NCBI GenBank assembly: GCA_032718475.1
Contig: JAUCBJ010008589.1
Span: 1 to 36,996 of the forward strand
Source of the DNA: Nemertoderma westbladi
Taxonomy: Eukaryota > Animalia > Xenacoelomorpha
Direction: 5' to 3'
Length of the DNA stretch: 36,996 nt
Part shown: piece by piece, positions 21,901 through 33,900 of the stretch
Layout: the number at the start of each line of letters is the position of its first letter
Position numbering within the stretch: position 1 is the first letter of the stretch
Program-made: the position numbers and the translations under genes
The notes under the pieces: model-generated
What the model was told of the DNA's origin: nothing
The model's input: the letters and a program-made list of their open reading frames with translations, nothing else
The model's database searches: none

Positions 21901-24900
21901 TCTGTCCACTCTCCAACCATACCTGGACATCCCTATCTGTTCAATCTCCAACCATACCTGGGCATCCCTATCTGCCCACTCTCCAGCCTTACCTGGGCAT
22001 CCCTATCTGTCCACTCTCCAACCGTACCTGGGCATCCCTATCTGTCCACTCTCCAACCTTACCTGGGCATCCCTATCTGTCCACTCTCCAACCATACCTG
22101 GGCATCCGTCCATCTGTCAACTCTCCAACCATACCTGGGCATCCATCCCTATCTGTCCACTCTCCAACCATACCTGGGCATCCCTATCTGTTCAATCTCC
22201 AACACTACCTGGGCATCCCTATCTGTCCACTCTCCAACCATACCTGGGCATCCCTATCTGTCCACTCTCCAACCATACCTGGGCATCCCTATCTGTCCAC
22301 TCTCCAACCATACCTGGGCATCCGTCCATCTGTCAACTCTCCAACCATACCTGGGCATCCATCCTTATCTGTCCACTCTCCAACCATACCTGGGCATCCC
22401 TATCTGTTCAATCTCCAACACTACCTGGGCATCCCTATCTGTCCACTCTCCAACCATACCTGGGCATCCCTATCTGTCCACTCTCCAACCATACCTGGGC
22501 ATCCCTATCTGTCCACTCTCCAACCATACCTGGGCATCCGTCCATCTGTCAACTCTCCAACCATACCTGGGCATCCATCCCTATCTGTCCACTCTCCAAC
22601 CATACCTGGGCATCCCTATCTGTTCAATCTCCAACACTACCTGGGCATCCCTATCTGTCCACTCTCCAACCATACCTGGGCATCCATCCCTATCTGCCCA
22701 CTCTCCAACCATACCTGGGCATCCCTATCTGTTCAATCTCCAACCATACCTGGGCATCTCTATCTGTCCATTCTCCAAGATTCACCACTTTATGGTCATT
22801 AAATCTTCGCATCTTCGAATGATATTCTAGACATTCTTCACAAAAAACCAAATCGCAGTCGATGCATACCAGCGTTCCTTTTAACATAAAATGTAAAATT
22901 TGTAACGTAAAATATCATTTATTAAACTGATAACATTTGAACAGACCAAATTAAGCACCGTGTTAAATTATTACTCAATTACTCTAAGTGGCTGTAAGTG
23001 TATATTCTTATTACTGCTACTACTATGGTTTACCTAGACATACCGGTATGCATATTACCAATTGGGGTGTCGTTTCAGCCCATTTTAGCATAATTAACAT
23101 TTAGTTTAACAATTCGTTTCGAAAATATTTAATTTCGATATTTACCATTTAAGGAACCTTTTAAAGGAAAGTAGCAGGTCATAATGGAAGGCTTTTCTAA
23201 CCAAAACAATAAACTAAATTGAGGAACACAGTTTACAGTAATTTACAGTATTTTTACTTTTCAATATTAATTTAACATTAACCTTATGGGAAGGCTGAAA
23301 CTACACCCCAATTGGAAATTTGCATACCGTACAGCAATACCAAGGACTACTGAAGCAAGGACTGGCACACGGCAAATCCGTTTCCCCTTGAGCACCTTAG
23401 ATCCTGAACGAACTTAGATCTTGGGTGGACATAGATCCTTCCCATACGAACTTAGATCCCTCCCATACGAACTTAGATCCTTCCCATACGAACTTAGATC
23501 CTTCCCATACGAATTTAGATCCTTCCCATACTAACTTAGATCCTTCCCATACGAACTTAGATCCTTCCCATACGAACTTAGATCCTTCCCATACGAACTT
23601 AGATCATTCCCATACTAACTTTAGATCCTTCCCATACGAACTTATAGATCTTCCCCATACGAACAGTTAGGATCTAAGTTAACCTAGATAGGATCTAAGT
23701 TCACCCTGTTAGGATCTAAGTTCACCTACTGTAGTTAGGATCTAAAGTTCACTAGTTAGGATCTAAGTTCACCCAGATAGGACCTAAGTTCGGAAAGATA
23801 CAAGTTCATCAAAGTCAGGCCTTGCGGGATCTAAGTTCGTTTTACCGGTAAATCCTGACTTCGCTAGCGAAGGCCAGGCCATGCAGCCATGTTCAGATGT
23901 TGATACCGATGTTCAGATGCAGATGTCGTACAGCTATTACCGGCAAGGACTACTTGGTTACCGGTAACCAGTTTGAATGATAAACATACACCTGTACACA
24001 CTCTGTGGTAAAAAATTATGTAGAATCGATTTCTGGTATTATCCGGCAGCCCGGTACTGCAGTACTGTATTAGTTTTTCAATTAGGCCTACCGCATACCG
24101 GTACCTACTGACCTATTGATATTGCTTTCAAGTATTGCTTTCTACAGTTCTATATTTTAATGTTTCTTAATAATGTCTGAATGTAGAGCTGTAGAGTACC
24201 GGTCTGCCGATAGCTGTATATATACTCGTACTGTACAATCGGACAACTGCACTGAACTGTGGTGTGGTATATCTGTATATGGTTATGGTACCGCGTACCG
24301 GTATAGGCCTAGGCAGATAGGCCTAGTTCAGTAGTTCAGGTACAGAGAACAGAGGTACCGGTAATCCTCCGAAACGGCGTAGCACATGCACATACAGACG
24401 TATTGACGTACAAGCACTGCTGCACTGAAGCACGTACCACTGTACCAGTGCAGCAGTGTACCACGTCATTTCGCCACACAGCCACACAACCGTCATGACC
24501 GTCAGACCGTACAGCCGTAACTATTATCAGATTATTACAGTATTAATTTGATTTGATTATTAGTAACTGGATTGCCGCATTGCCAATGCGACTAAGCGAT
24601 GACACTATGATGGTTCGCCTTTCATCTAAGGGCTGAAGGGTAGAAAGCGGTCATCTGTACCAACCTGCAACCAGGCTGGTTACCACCCACTGCTGCACTG
24701 GCAGACTGGCTTGGCTGACTGGATGAGGCAGTGAGGTTCGAGAGTTTCCCGAGGGTGTTCCGCACATCAAGCTGTCAAGGAGGCCGGTTGGGTCGTTCAG
24801 TCGTTGCAATTGCAACCATTACACCAAATGAATTTCCCAGAGTACCAGCAACCTGTCACTGTCAGGGTCAGCCTGTATACCGCGCGCACCTTCGACGCCA

Positions 24901-27900
24901 AGTCAGGCGTCAGCACGTCAAACTCCGCCTGTCGAAGAACGACAGATTAGCTCATTGAACTCGAAGGACTTCTGGACTTGGTAGCTGGGTTCGTTGAACT
25001 TGATGCCTGGATGCTGGTATCTTCTCCTGGATGCCTGGGTGCACGATCTGCCATGTGCCATTGATGTGCCGATGCTGCGATGTGCCGCACATTGACATAT
25101 ATCCAAAATAGCCATAATCAACACTGTCAGACTGTACGATATATTTCAGTGACATATTCGTGATCAGCATCCCAAAACACCTACTGACCCATATCTGTAG
25201 GCCTATATGGTTATAAAATCAATTTGATTTTGTGGTAATTTTTCATTATCATATTTTTGCACTAGGCTGCTAGGCCTACTTGTTTTTTCGTGCCTCAGAG
25301 GGCACATTCAACTGTTCAAAATTACCATTTAATTGTAATGCTATTAATAATAATGCTATTTAATTAATAAAGAGCCCATATTATCATCAGGGCCATTGGC
25401 CATTGATGTGTTCTCTGGAGTGGGGAATATTTGGTCGGCAATCATAATAATAAATAATATAAACACAAAAATATAGAAAATAATTCATGAAAGCAACAGA
25501 TAATTGAGAAACTAATTCCAAAAATAGATTCTCCATAATTGTTTACCCCAGAGCTGCTAAGCGTGTATGTTTATCATTCAAACTGGTTACCGGTAACATA
25601 AACAACATGGCCTCGCTAGCGAAGTCTGGATTTACCGTATGCCTGCCCTTGCTTCAGTAGCCCTTGATCAATACCGGTACTGAAAAGTTATCGGTCTGTG
25701 GTAGGCTTACCGTACCGGTCAGCGGATAGTGTCAGTGTTAGTAATACTGAAAAACTAAAGATGTCTGATTTTAGTAAATTCGCAAATGATGATTTCGACG
25801 CTGCCGATTGGATTAATGCTGGTTTTTCTGGATTTGAAGAACATGGTAAAACCAGGGAAGCTCACGCAACGACACTTGTTACAAAATTGCAACTATTTAT
25901 ACAGGTTGGTTTTTGGGCTGCTGGCCTGACAGCGCTCCCGCTCCTCTACCACTGGCGCCAGCGGTACGGTAAGCCGTGCCGATGCCACTGACTGGTATTC
26001 ACTGTTATTTTCACTCAAATCAAGAAACGTCGTTCATATGTATTTTATTTGCCAGTTTGCGCTGGAGATATGCAGATAGGCGTATGTCAGTATGTGTGCA
26101 GGTGTGGGGTTGTAGTATGTAGTATAAAAGTGTGGTCTCGGTTGTGAAGTGTGATGGCGTGAGACAGAGGGGGCGGGTGGCGGGCCCGGGGATCCCATCT
26201 CTGCGCATTACATGAATAAATGATTCCGTCTCTGTTAAATTACCAATTTAGGATTCACTTTGGCACGTTATTGAGTTATTCTATCCATAAAAATAAACTA
26301 AAGTCAATAGAACAGGTAGTACAGTAGTACGGTACTGCTCTAGTATGAAACCTCATGGTCTGAGTTTCTCGACAACTTCGTCTGATTGATCCATTACCAT
26401 TTTAAACTACCTGCAATTTTTAAGTCCGAAACAAATTTACCTTATTTTAAAATATAATAATAAGAAGATAAATTAAATTTATTAAAAATAATAAGATAAA
26501 TTAATTATAGATAAATTTAAACAATTTATCTTATTTTATTACTAATAAATACATTTTACATACATTAATTGAATTTATTTATTTTACATTAGTTCAGTAC
26601 ATTATTTCATGCCGAAAGGCGAAATTGAATAAATATATAAGAATATAGCACTGTGTAACAGGTTACAGGTTACAGTTCTATTTTTTTGAGTAGTCAGTTG
26701 TTATTTGCGTCGATATTCACATGGGCTGGAGCCTGCAGGGGGATGAGTTTTGAATGCATCGAACGTCCCATATCTGGATGTGGCTCACAGTTGAAGTTCA
26801 GAAGTTGACAGTCTGGGGTCGGACGGTCGGGGTCTGGTCTCTTGTTCGGCTGCTGCACTATTATTTTAGTAGGTGTTAGGCCTACCTACTCGTTTACCGG
26901 TTGAAGTTGAGTTTTTTTATTTATTTTTTTTTCAGGAAGTGAATCAATCGTTAGAGGAACTGTGCCATCTCTCTGTCAGCAATCTGCCGAGAGTTCTACG
27001 TGACATTGACGTCATTAAACAGGAAACTAATTTCCTGGACAAACAATTAAGGAGTGTCAGTGGAGATATTGAACAGGTACCGCCACCAGTACTTACCCTA
27101 TTAGTACCTGCAGTATGTACGGGTCCTACTAAAAACCGTAATTTACCGCAATTTACCGCAACTAATTGTCATTTTCTAGCAGCCCCATGGTCTAGTGGTA
27201 ACAACCTTAGGCTTCCACGTAGGAGGCCCTGGTTCGATCCCTTGACCAGGCAACGCTGTTTTTGCAGTGTTTTAAAAACTACAAAATTTATATTTAATGC
27301 TGTAAAATGTGATCAATATAAAAACCAATATATGGCGTATATTGGCCATATCGTATATCGTCCAATATATGCCAGTATATGTATATATATATACATTAGA
27401 TTAGACAGTTGTTACAGGGTCCTACGAATTAGGCCTACCCCTAAATAGTCACTAAATACCACAAAAAGTCTAAACTATTTACCGAAACTATTTACGACGT
27501 CATAATTTCTGGTCGACCACAAATTATGACGCCGTGGAGAACTTCTGAAAAAAAAGTTAAAAAAAATTAATTAATTGGCAAAGATCAGCCAGCGTAGATC
27601 TGACACCAGATACTAAGTAACAGTAACCTGACCGTTTCACCACCACCCCCCCCCCCCCCCCCCCCCCGAACGCTACTATTTAATTTTACTAACTTTAACT
27701 TTTTTAAATTTTACTACTATTCTCTACATTATCTAGTTTCATAGTTATTTATTCTTTTTTTTTCAATTCGTTAACTCAAATGACATTAAAGCGTTCTAAT
27801 TATTAGTAAGTTTTATAATGTTGGAACGATCCTGTGTCAGTTGCAGACTATCATAAATCAAAACAATAAACGCGAGCTAAGAGCACAGGTTGCTGTATAC

Positions 27901-30900
27901 GCCAAATTATTTTGACTCAACTTAAACTTTGAGGTTAACGTTGTTTCTATTGCCTCCAGGTTGAGTGCAGCACCAATAAAACGATGAGTCATCTGGTCCA
28001 TCTCGACTCGTACAAAACGCGGATCGAGACCGCGTTACAGACACTCCGGGAGGCAGACAACTGGACGGTGCTGACAGCCGACACCGACCGAGTGATGCAG
28101 ACACACGACGCCCGACTGATCCTCGAGCAACTGGTCGCCATGGAGGCGAGTCTGCGCGCGCTCCGGGGATTCCCGGAGTACGACGAACGCGAGACCAAAC
28201 TGGATTCCTTGAAGGACCGCTTGGAGGCGTTGGTTAGTCCGCGTCTCGTCGACGCGATTAACCGTCGGCAGACAGACCGAGCCGCTGAGTTGGTGGCCGT
28301 ATTTAAAGGAATGAACCGCACCGAGCAGGTTTACATCTACTACTACCGAGCGAAGCGAGCGAGTTTCCAGAAGGAGTGGCACCGCCTAGTGTCGGAGCGC
28401 GGTGTCGGAGACGCGAGTTTGACGGACTTCCTTCAGACGGTTCTGTGCGCGTCGTTGGCTGCGGAAGCCCGTTGGTGCGACGAGGTAATCGGACCCGCGA
28501 CGCCGATTATTCTCGAGTTGTTGTCGCGAACTCTATCAGGTTTAGAACCTCCCGTCTCCGCCGTCGTCGAGAGTTTCCTCACCGAGGAATCCTTCGCCAT
28601 TGACGGTTTAATATCCGCCAAGTCGATTATCCTAAACTTCCTCCAGGAAGTTTATTTCGTTTTAGGTAATTCCTACGATCCGTCATTCTCTTCCAGTTTC
28701 GACTTCATCCGGCAGGTTTGGTCGCCTTTGTTTCCGTATTTATCGACTTATTCCGACTTAGAGAGCGACTACATAACGGGTCGATGCCGCGATATGTCCT
28801 GGAATATCGTGGGAAAGGATATCCCCGATATCAGGGATATCCTAACGAAGAATTGTTGTGTTATATTCGATATCCTGGAGGAATCCCTCAACCACTGCGT
28901 TCTGTTTACCGATTGTCTCGCAGCCCCGGGGTTTGTAGAAACTATTCGTTCGAGTTTCTCCAACTTTATGGTTCAACTCGAGGCTTTTCTAGCCGAAATC
29001 GTTACCGTAGCAACTGATGACGCCAACTACTGGGAATATTTCGGTTTGTCGGTGAACTTCATCGAAGTTTGCGGTTCGATGTTATCCAAACTGAACTCGT
29101 TAGAATCGAATATATTCGAGCGGTTTATAACAACATTAAGTAAATATATAAATACAGACAAACAAACTAAATCGCTTTATGATCATTTTAATTACCTAGA
29201 AAGTCAAGACGAAGAGAAATTCGAGTATTTATGTAAATTCTACCGGGAACTCGAAACAGATGTTGAGGTTTCCAGACCCCTCGAGGTTTATATTAACAGA
29301 TTAAACAATTCGGCCCATCAGTTATCCTTCGATTTGCTTTTCGCTCCGATTAAGCGGCTGTTGGAACCGATTCAGTCGATGGATGTTTGGTCGGGAACGG
29401 AATCCGACGGTGGTCTGGAGATTCCCTCCTACGGGAAGGTTCCCCAGGAGTACATCACCCTGATCGGCTCCTTGTTGATGTCGTTACCGCAGCAACTCGA
29501 GCCCTACATGCTGGAAGGCAACCCGGATCTCTCATTTGCTGTTCGGCTGGGTAGACTGCCCTACCCCGAGGAGGGAGGCTCTCGGGAGGATTCCCTCGCT
29601 CTCCATTGGTTGTCCTCTGTTTCCCGTGCGACCATGCACACGATGGGACAGGCCGTACTCCTGATACCTCGGTTGTCCAATCACGGGGCCGGACAGTTAG
29701 CCGTCGACCTCCAGTATTTACTTAATGTGGTTGAGAGTCTAGGGTTGACTCCATTGTCTACGTTGTTACACATCGTAACCTTGGCAACGGTTAACGTGGA
29801 TGATTTTGTTGACGTTGCCATGAGAATTCCAGCTCGGATTAGCCAATCAATGCGTTCTATGCGAAATATATAATAAATTATAAATACCAGCTGCACCGTG
29901 TGCACACACACAGCTGCAATGTGTGCACACACACAGCTGCACCGTGTGCACACACACAGCTGCATCGTGTGCACACACACACAGCTGCACCGTGTGCACA
30001 CACACAGCTGCACCGTGTGCACACACACAGCTGCACCGTGTGCACACACACAGCTGCAATGTGTGCACACACACAGCTGCAATGTGTGCACACACACACA
30101 GCTGCACCGTGTGCACACACACAGCTGCACCATGTGCACACACACAGCTGCACCGTGTGCACACACACAGCTGCAATGTGTGCACACACACAGCTGCACC
30201 GAGTGCGTGCACACACACAGCTGCCCCGTGTGCACACACACAGTTGCAATGTGTGCACACACACAGCTGCACCGTGTGCACACACACAGCTGCAATGTGT
30301 GCACACACACAGCTGCACCGTGTGCGTGCACACACACAGCTGCCCCGTGTGCACACACACAGTTGCAATGTGTGCACACACACAGCTGCAATGTGTGCAC
30401 ACACACACAGCTGCACCGTGTGCACACACACAGCTGCACCATGTGCACACACACAGCTGCACCGTGTGCACACACACAGCTGCAATGTGTGCACACACAC
30501 AGCTGCACCGTGTGCGTGCACACACACAGCTGCCCCGTGTGCACACACACAGTTGCAATGTGTGCACACACACAGCTGCAATGTGTGCACAGCACACACA
30601 CAGCTGCAATGTGTGTCTCATCGTAAACTTCCACTCCGTATAGCTGTTGGTTGTTGACCTTTATTATTCTATTTTATATTTCTCTTATTAATAACTAATT
30701 AGTGCCGTTGGTGGTAATATTATTCTATTTATTGATTATTGTTGTGCTCGGAGGGTTTCTAGGCAATTATTTATTTTATTTTTATGATAAACGCCGATTA
30801 TAATATTATCGACAATTTATCTCTAACGGTTTTTTCCCCCACCAACTCAGCGCTTCCAACAGCTGCTGGAGACCCAACCAGTCCTGTCGCTGCCGCCACT

Positions 30901-33900
30901 GTAACGACCCGCAACGGAGACACCACATGCGACGGAGACACCACATGCGACGGAGACACCACATGCGACGGAGACACCACATGCGACGGAGACAGCACAT
31001 GCGACGGAGACAGCACATGCGATGGAGACACCACATGCGACGGAGACACCACATGCGACGGAGACACCACATGCGACGGAGACAGCACATGCGACGGAGA
31101 CAGCACATGCGATGGAGACACCACATGCGACGGAGACACCACATGCGACGGAGACACCACATGCGACGGAGACACCACATGCGACGGAGACACCACATTA
31201 TTTAGATGTACGTTCGCGTGGTTAGACTAACATACTGTAATGTCCGTTTGTGATATACAGTTTGGTATTATTTCGTTAGGTCCAAAGGAGTTAGGTTTAA
31301 TAAACTTTTCGTTATATACAATGAACGTTAGGTCCAAGGATTAAATATCAAATTCAACTCCATATTCTTCACAGATTTTTACTAACACTCTGCTCTGAGA
31401 CCAGTTAAATAAGAGATAGATAATCCGCATCAAATAAATGATTTATATTTTTACCTAAAACCCGACAACCCACTGCACAACTATTTAATCTTTCGACTTA
31501 GACCGTTGACATAAATATTTAATAATGAAATATACTTTTCATGCCCTATATTTTTTACTCATTTGCCCTATATTTATGTTGGCCTAACAGTAACACGGTA
31601 CAATGTACAACCTAATGCAGTAGCGGTGTCCTAGGCGATTCCCCCCCCCCCCCCCCCCTTCCTATGGACTTCAGTATAATAATGCTGTAGTAGAAATCCT
31701 TAGCGTTCCCCTAAAGCAGGTATTTCTGTAGATTAGTACCGGTACCGGCACCGGTACTGCTGTAGGCCTACTGTGTAGCCTACCATTTAAATACGGTAAT
31801 GGTAGAGCAGAGGCCTACCGGCTGACCGGTTGTGCTAATGGTAATTACATTGTATTGATTTAATTTGACAGGTGAAGAAATTGTATTAACTTTATTTGAA
31901 ATATAATTTAATTTAATTTATGTAATTTGAAATGTAAATCAATGATGCTGTATCTTTAAGCTGTCCCATTCCCTCAAATGTTCATGACATAGTTTATTGT
32001 TATGTACATGACATAGTTTATTGTTTTGGTTAGAAAATCCCGCCTCTGTAACCTGCTCCTTTCCCTGAATTGGTAAAGTGACCGTTTATTGTTTTGGTTA
32101 GAAAGCCCCGCCTCTGTAACCTGTTCCTTTCCTTCATTTAGTAAAGTGACTGTTTATTGTTTTGGTTAGAAAATCCCGCCTTGGCCTCTGTAACCTGCTC
32201 CTTTCCCTGATTTGGTAAAGTGACCGTTCGTTGTTTTGGTTAGAGAGGCCCGCCTCTGTAACCTGCTCCTTTCCTTCATTTAGTAAAGTGACTGTTTATT
32301 GTTTTGGTTAGGAAATCCCGCCTCTGTAACCTGCCCCTTTCCCTCAATTAGTTAAATTATCGTTTATTGTTTTGGTTAGAAAGTCCCGTCTCTGTAACCT
32401 GCTCCTTTCTCTCAATTGGTAATGTTATCGTTTATTGTTTTGGTTAGAAAATCCCGCATCTGTAACCTGCTCCTTTCCTTCATTTGGTAAAGTGACTGTT
32501 TATTGTTTTGGTTAGAAAATCCCGCCTCTGTAACCCGTTCCTTTCCCTCAATTAGTTAAATAATCGTTTATTGTTTTGGTTAGAAAGGCCCGCCTCTGTA
32601 ACCTGCTCCTTTCCTTCATTTGGTAAAGTGACTGTTTATTGTTTTGGTTAGAAAATCCGGCCTTAACCTGCTCCTTTCCATCAATTGGTAATTGTTTTTG
32701 GCTATAAAATGAGTGTTTTGCTACGTCATGTGGTAATCGATTATCGACAACAACCACAAACTATTAAATATAGAGTCTTTTTACCACAGGCGCATATGGA
32801 AATCTATCTCATAGTCTATAAATCATGGAATCATGGAATGTTTTGGCACAGGCATAGTGAAACCAACTGTCCGACAGACCAGAAATCAACAAATTTTGTA
32901 TGTTTTGGCATAGGCATGTTGACATCAACTGTCTGACAGTCCAGAAATCAGCAGTCTTACAGTTTGAAGAAATACATACATAAAAAGTCATAAAATAAAA
33001 TAAAAGGACAACAAAAGTCATTAAAAGGACAACAAAAGTCATTATGCACAATTCGTAAAAAAAGGAGGACAAAAAAGTCAAATAAAAGGACATAAAACAT
33101 CACTGCCAAAGAATTCTGACACAGCTGTACCCCAAGTAACACACACTAATTGATGAGAATACCAATACGATGATAATCGAACCACTTTTAGAAACTTTTA
33201 AACTTAATAATAATTTTCTGAATAACTTGAAATGTGAAACACGGTCAAATGTTAGCAGCATCAAGAAAAGCACTGAAAACAGGTGAGTCTCTGATAATAT
33301 AAAGAAATATGGACTTTTAAAGCGAAAATACACATTTCAGTGCCGAGCCCTTTCCAAAAACCAAATTGGTTATCTTCTAATTTAGCTCAACTAGAAATAT
33401 TATCTGAAATACATGACTCCAACACTTTAGAGCATGCTGAGGATATAGCTTAATATTGCTTAATTTAGAAGAGACAAGTGACTCGTAACTAAAAATATGA
33501 GATTCTATGGCTTTAGACCAGATGGCAGAGTTATTACAACTTCTTACATTATTTAAATAGTGAGATGACACACCAACAGGAATATTACACATAAACGCTT
33601 TTGCACAAGCAGCTGTTTTTTCGGAATTAGTTACTAGGAAACCTTCACAAACAATCTGGCAAGCAATTGATTTGCGGATTGATGTAGCCACTACTGCGTT
33701 TATAGCTGTTAGTGTACCGGTGCAGAATAATATTGTACCAGTACTGAGCTGTTAGTGTACCGGTACAGAATAATATTGTACCAGTACTGCAGTACCAAAC
33801 CTAAGAACTGAATACTTTCACGCTAATACCGGTAGTTATCCTTTGATTTACTCTTAAAACCTCAAGGCAGTTTTAGGTGACTGTAGCCTTGATAGGCCTA

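Noticed and set aside
19830-22802. 990-aa plus-strand ORF and overlapping minus-strand ORFs
   Set aside because: Produced by a stop-poor 35/39-bp minisatellite; non-ATG start; lies in an intron.
24700-25170. Transposase remnant inside the TIR element
   Set aside because: GC-richer and coding-like, but I recognise no DDE, BED or THAP motif; needs a translated HMM search.
27181-27252. Functional tRNA-Gly(TCC) gene
   Set aside because: A and B boxes are present but the acceptor and anticodon stems do not pair properly.
29681-30657. Cys/His-rich ORFs in all six frames (metallothionein or zinc-finger look-alikes)
   Set aside because: Artefact of the CA/TG-rich 23-bp repeat.
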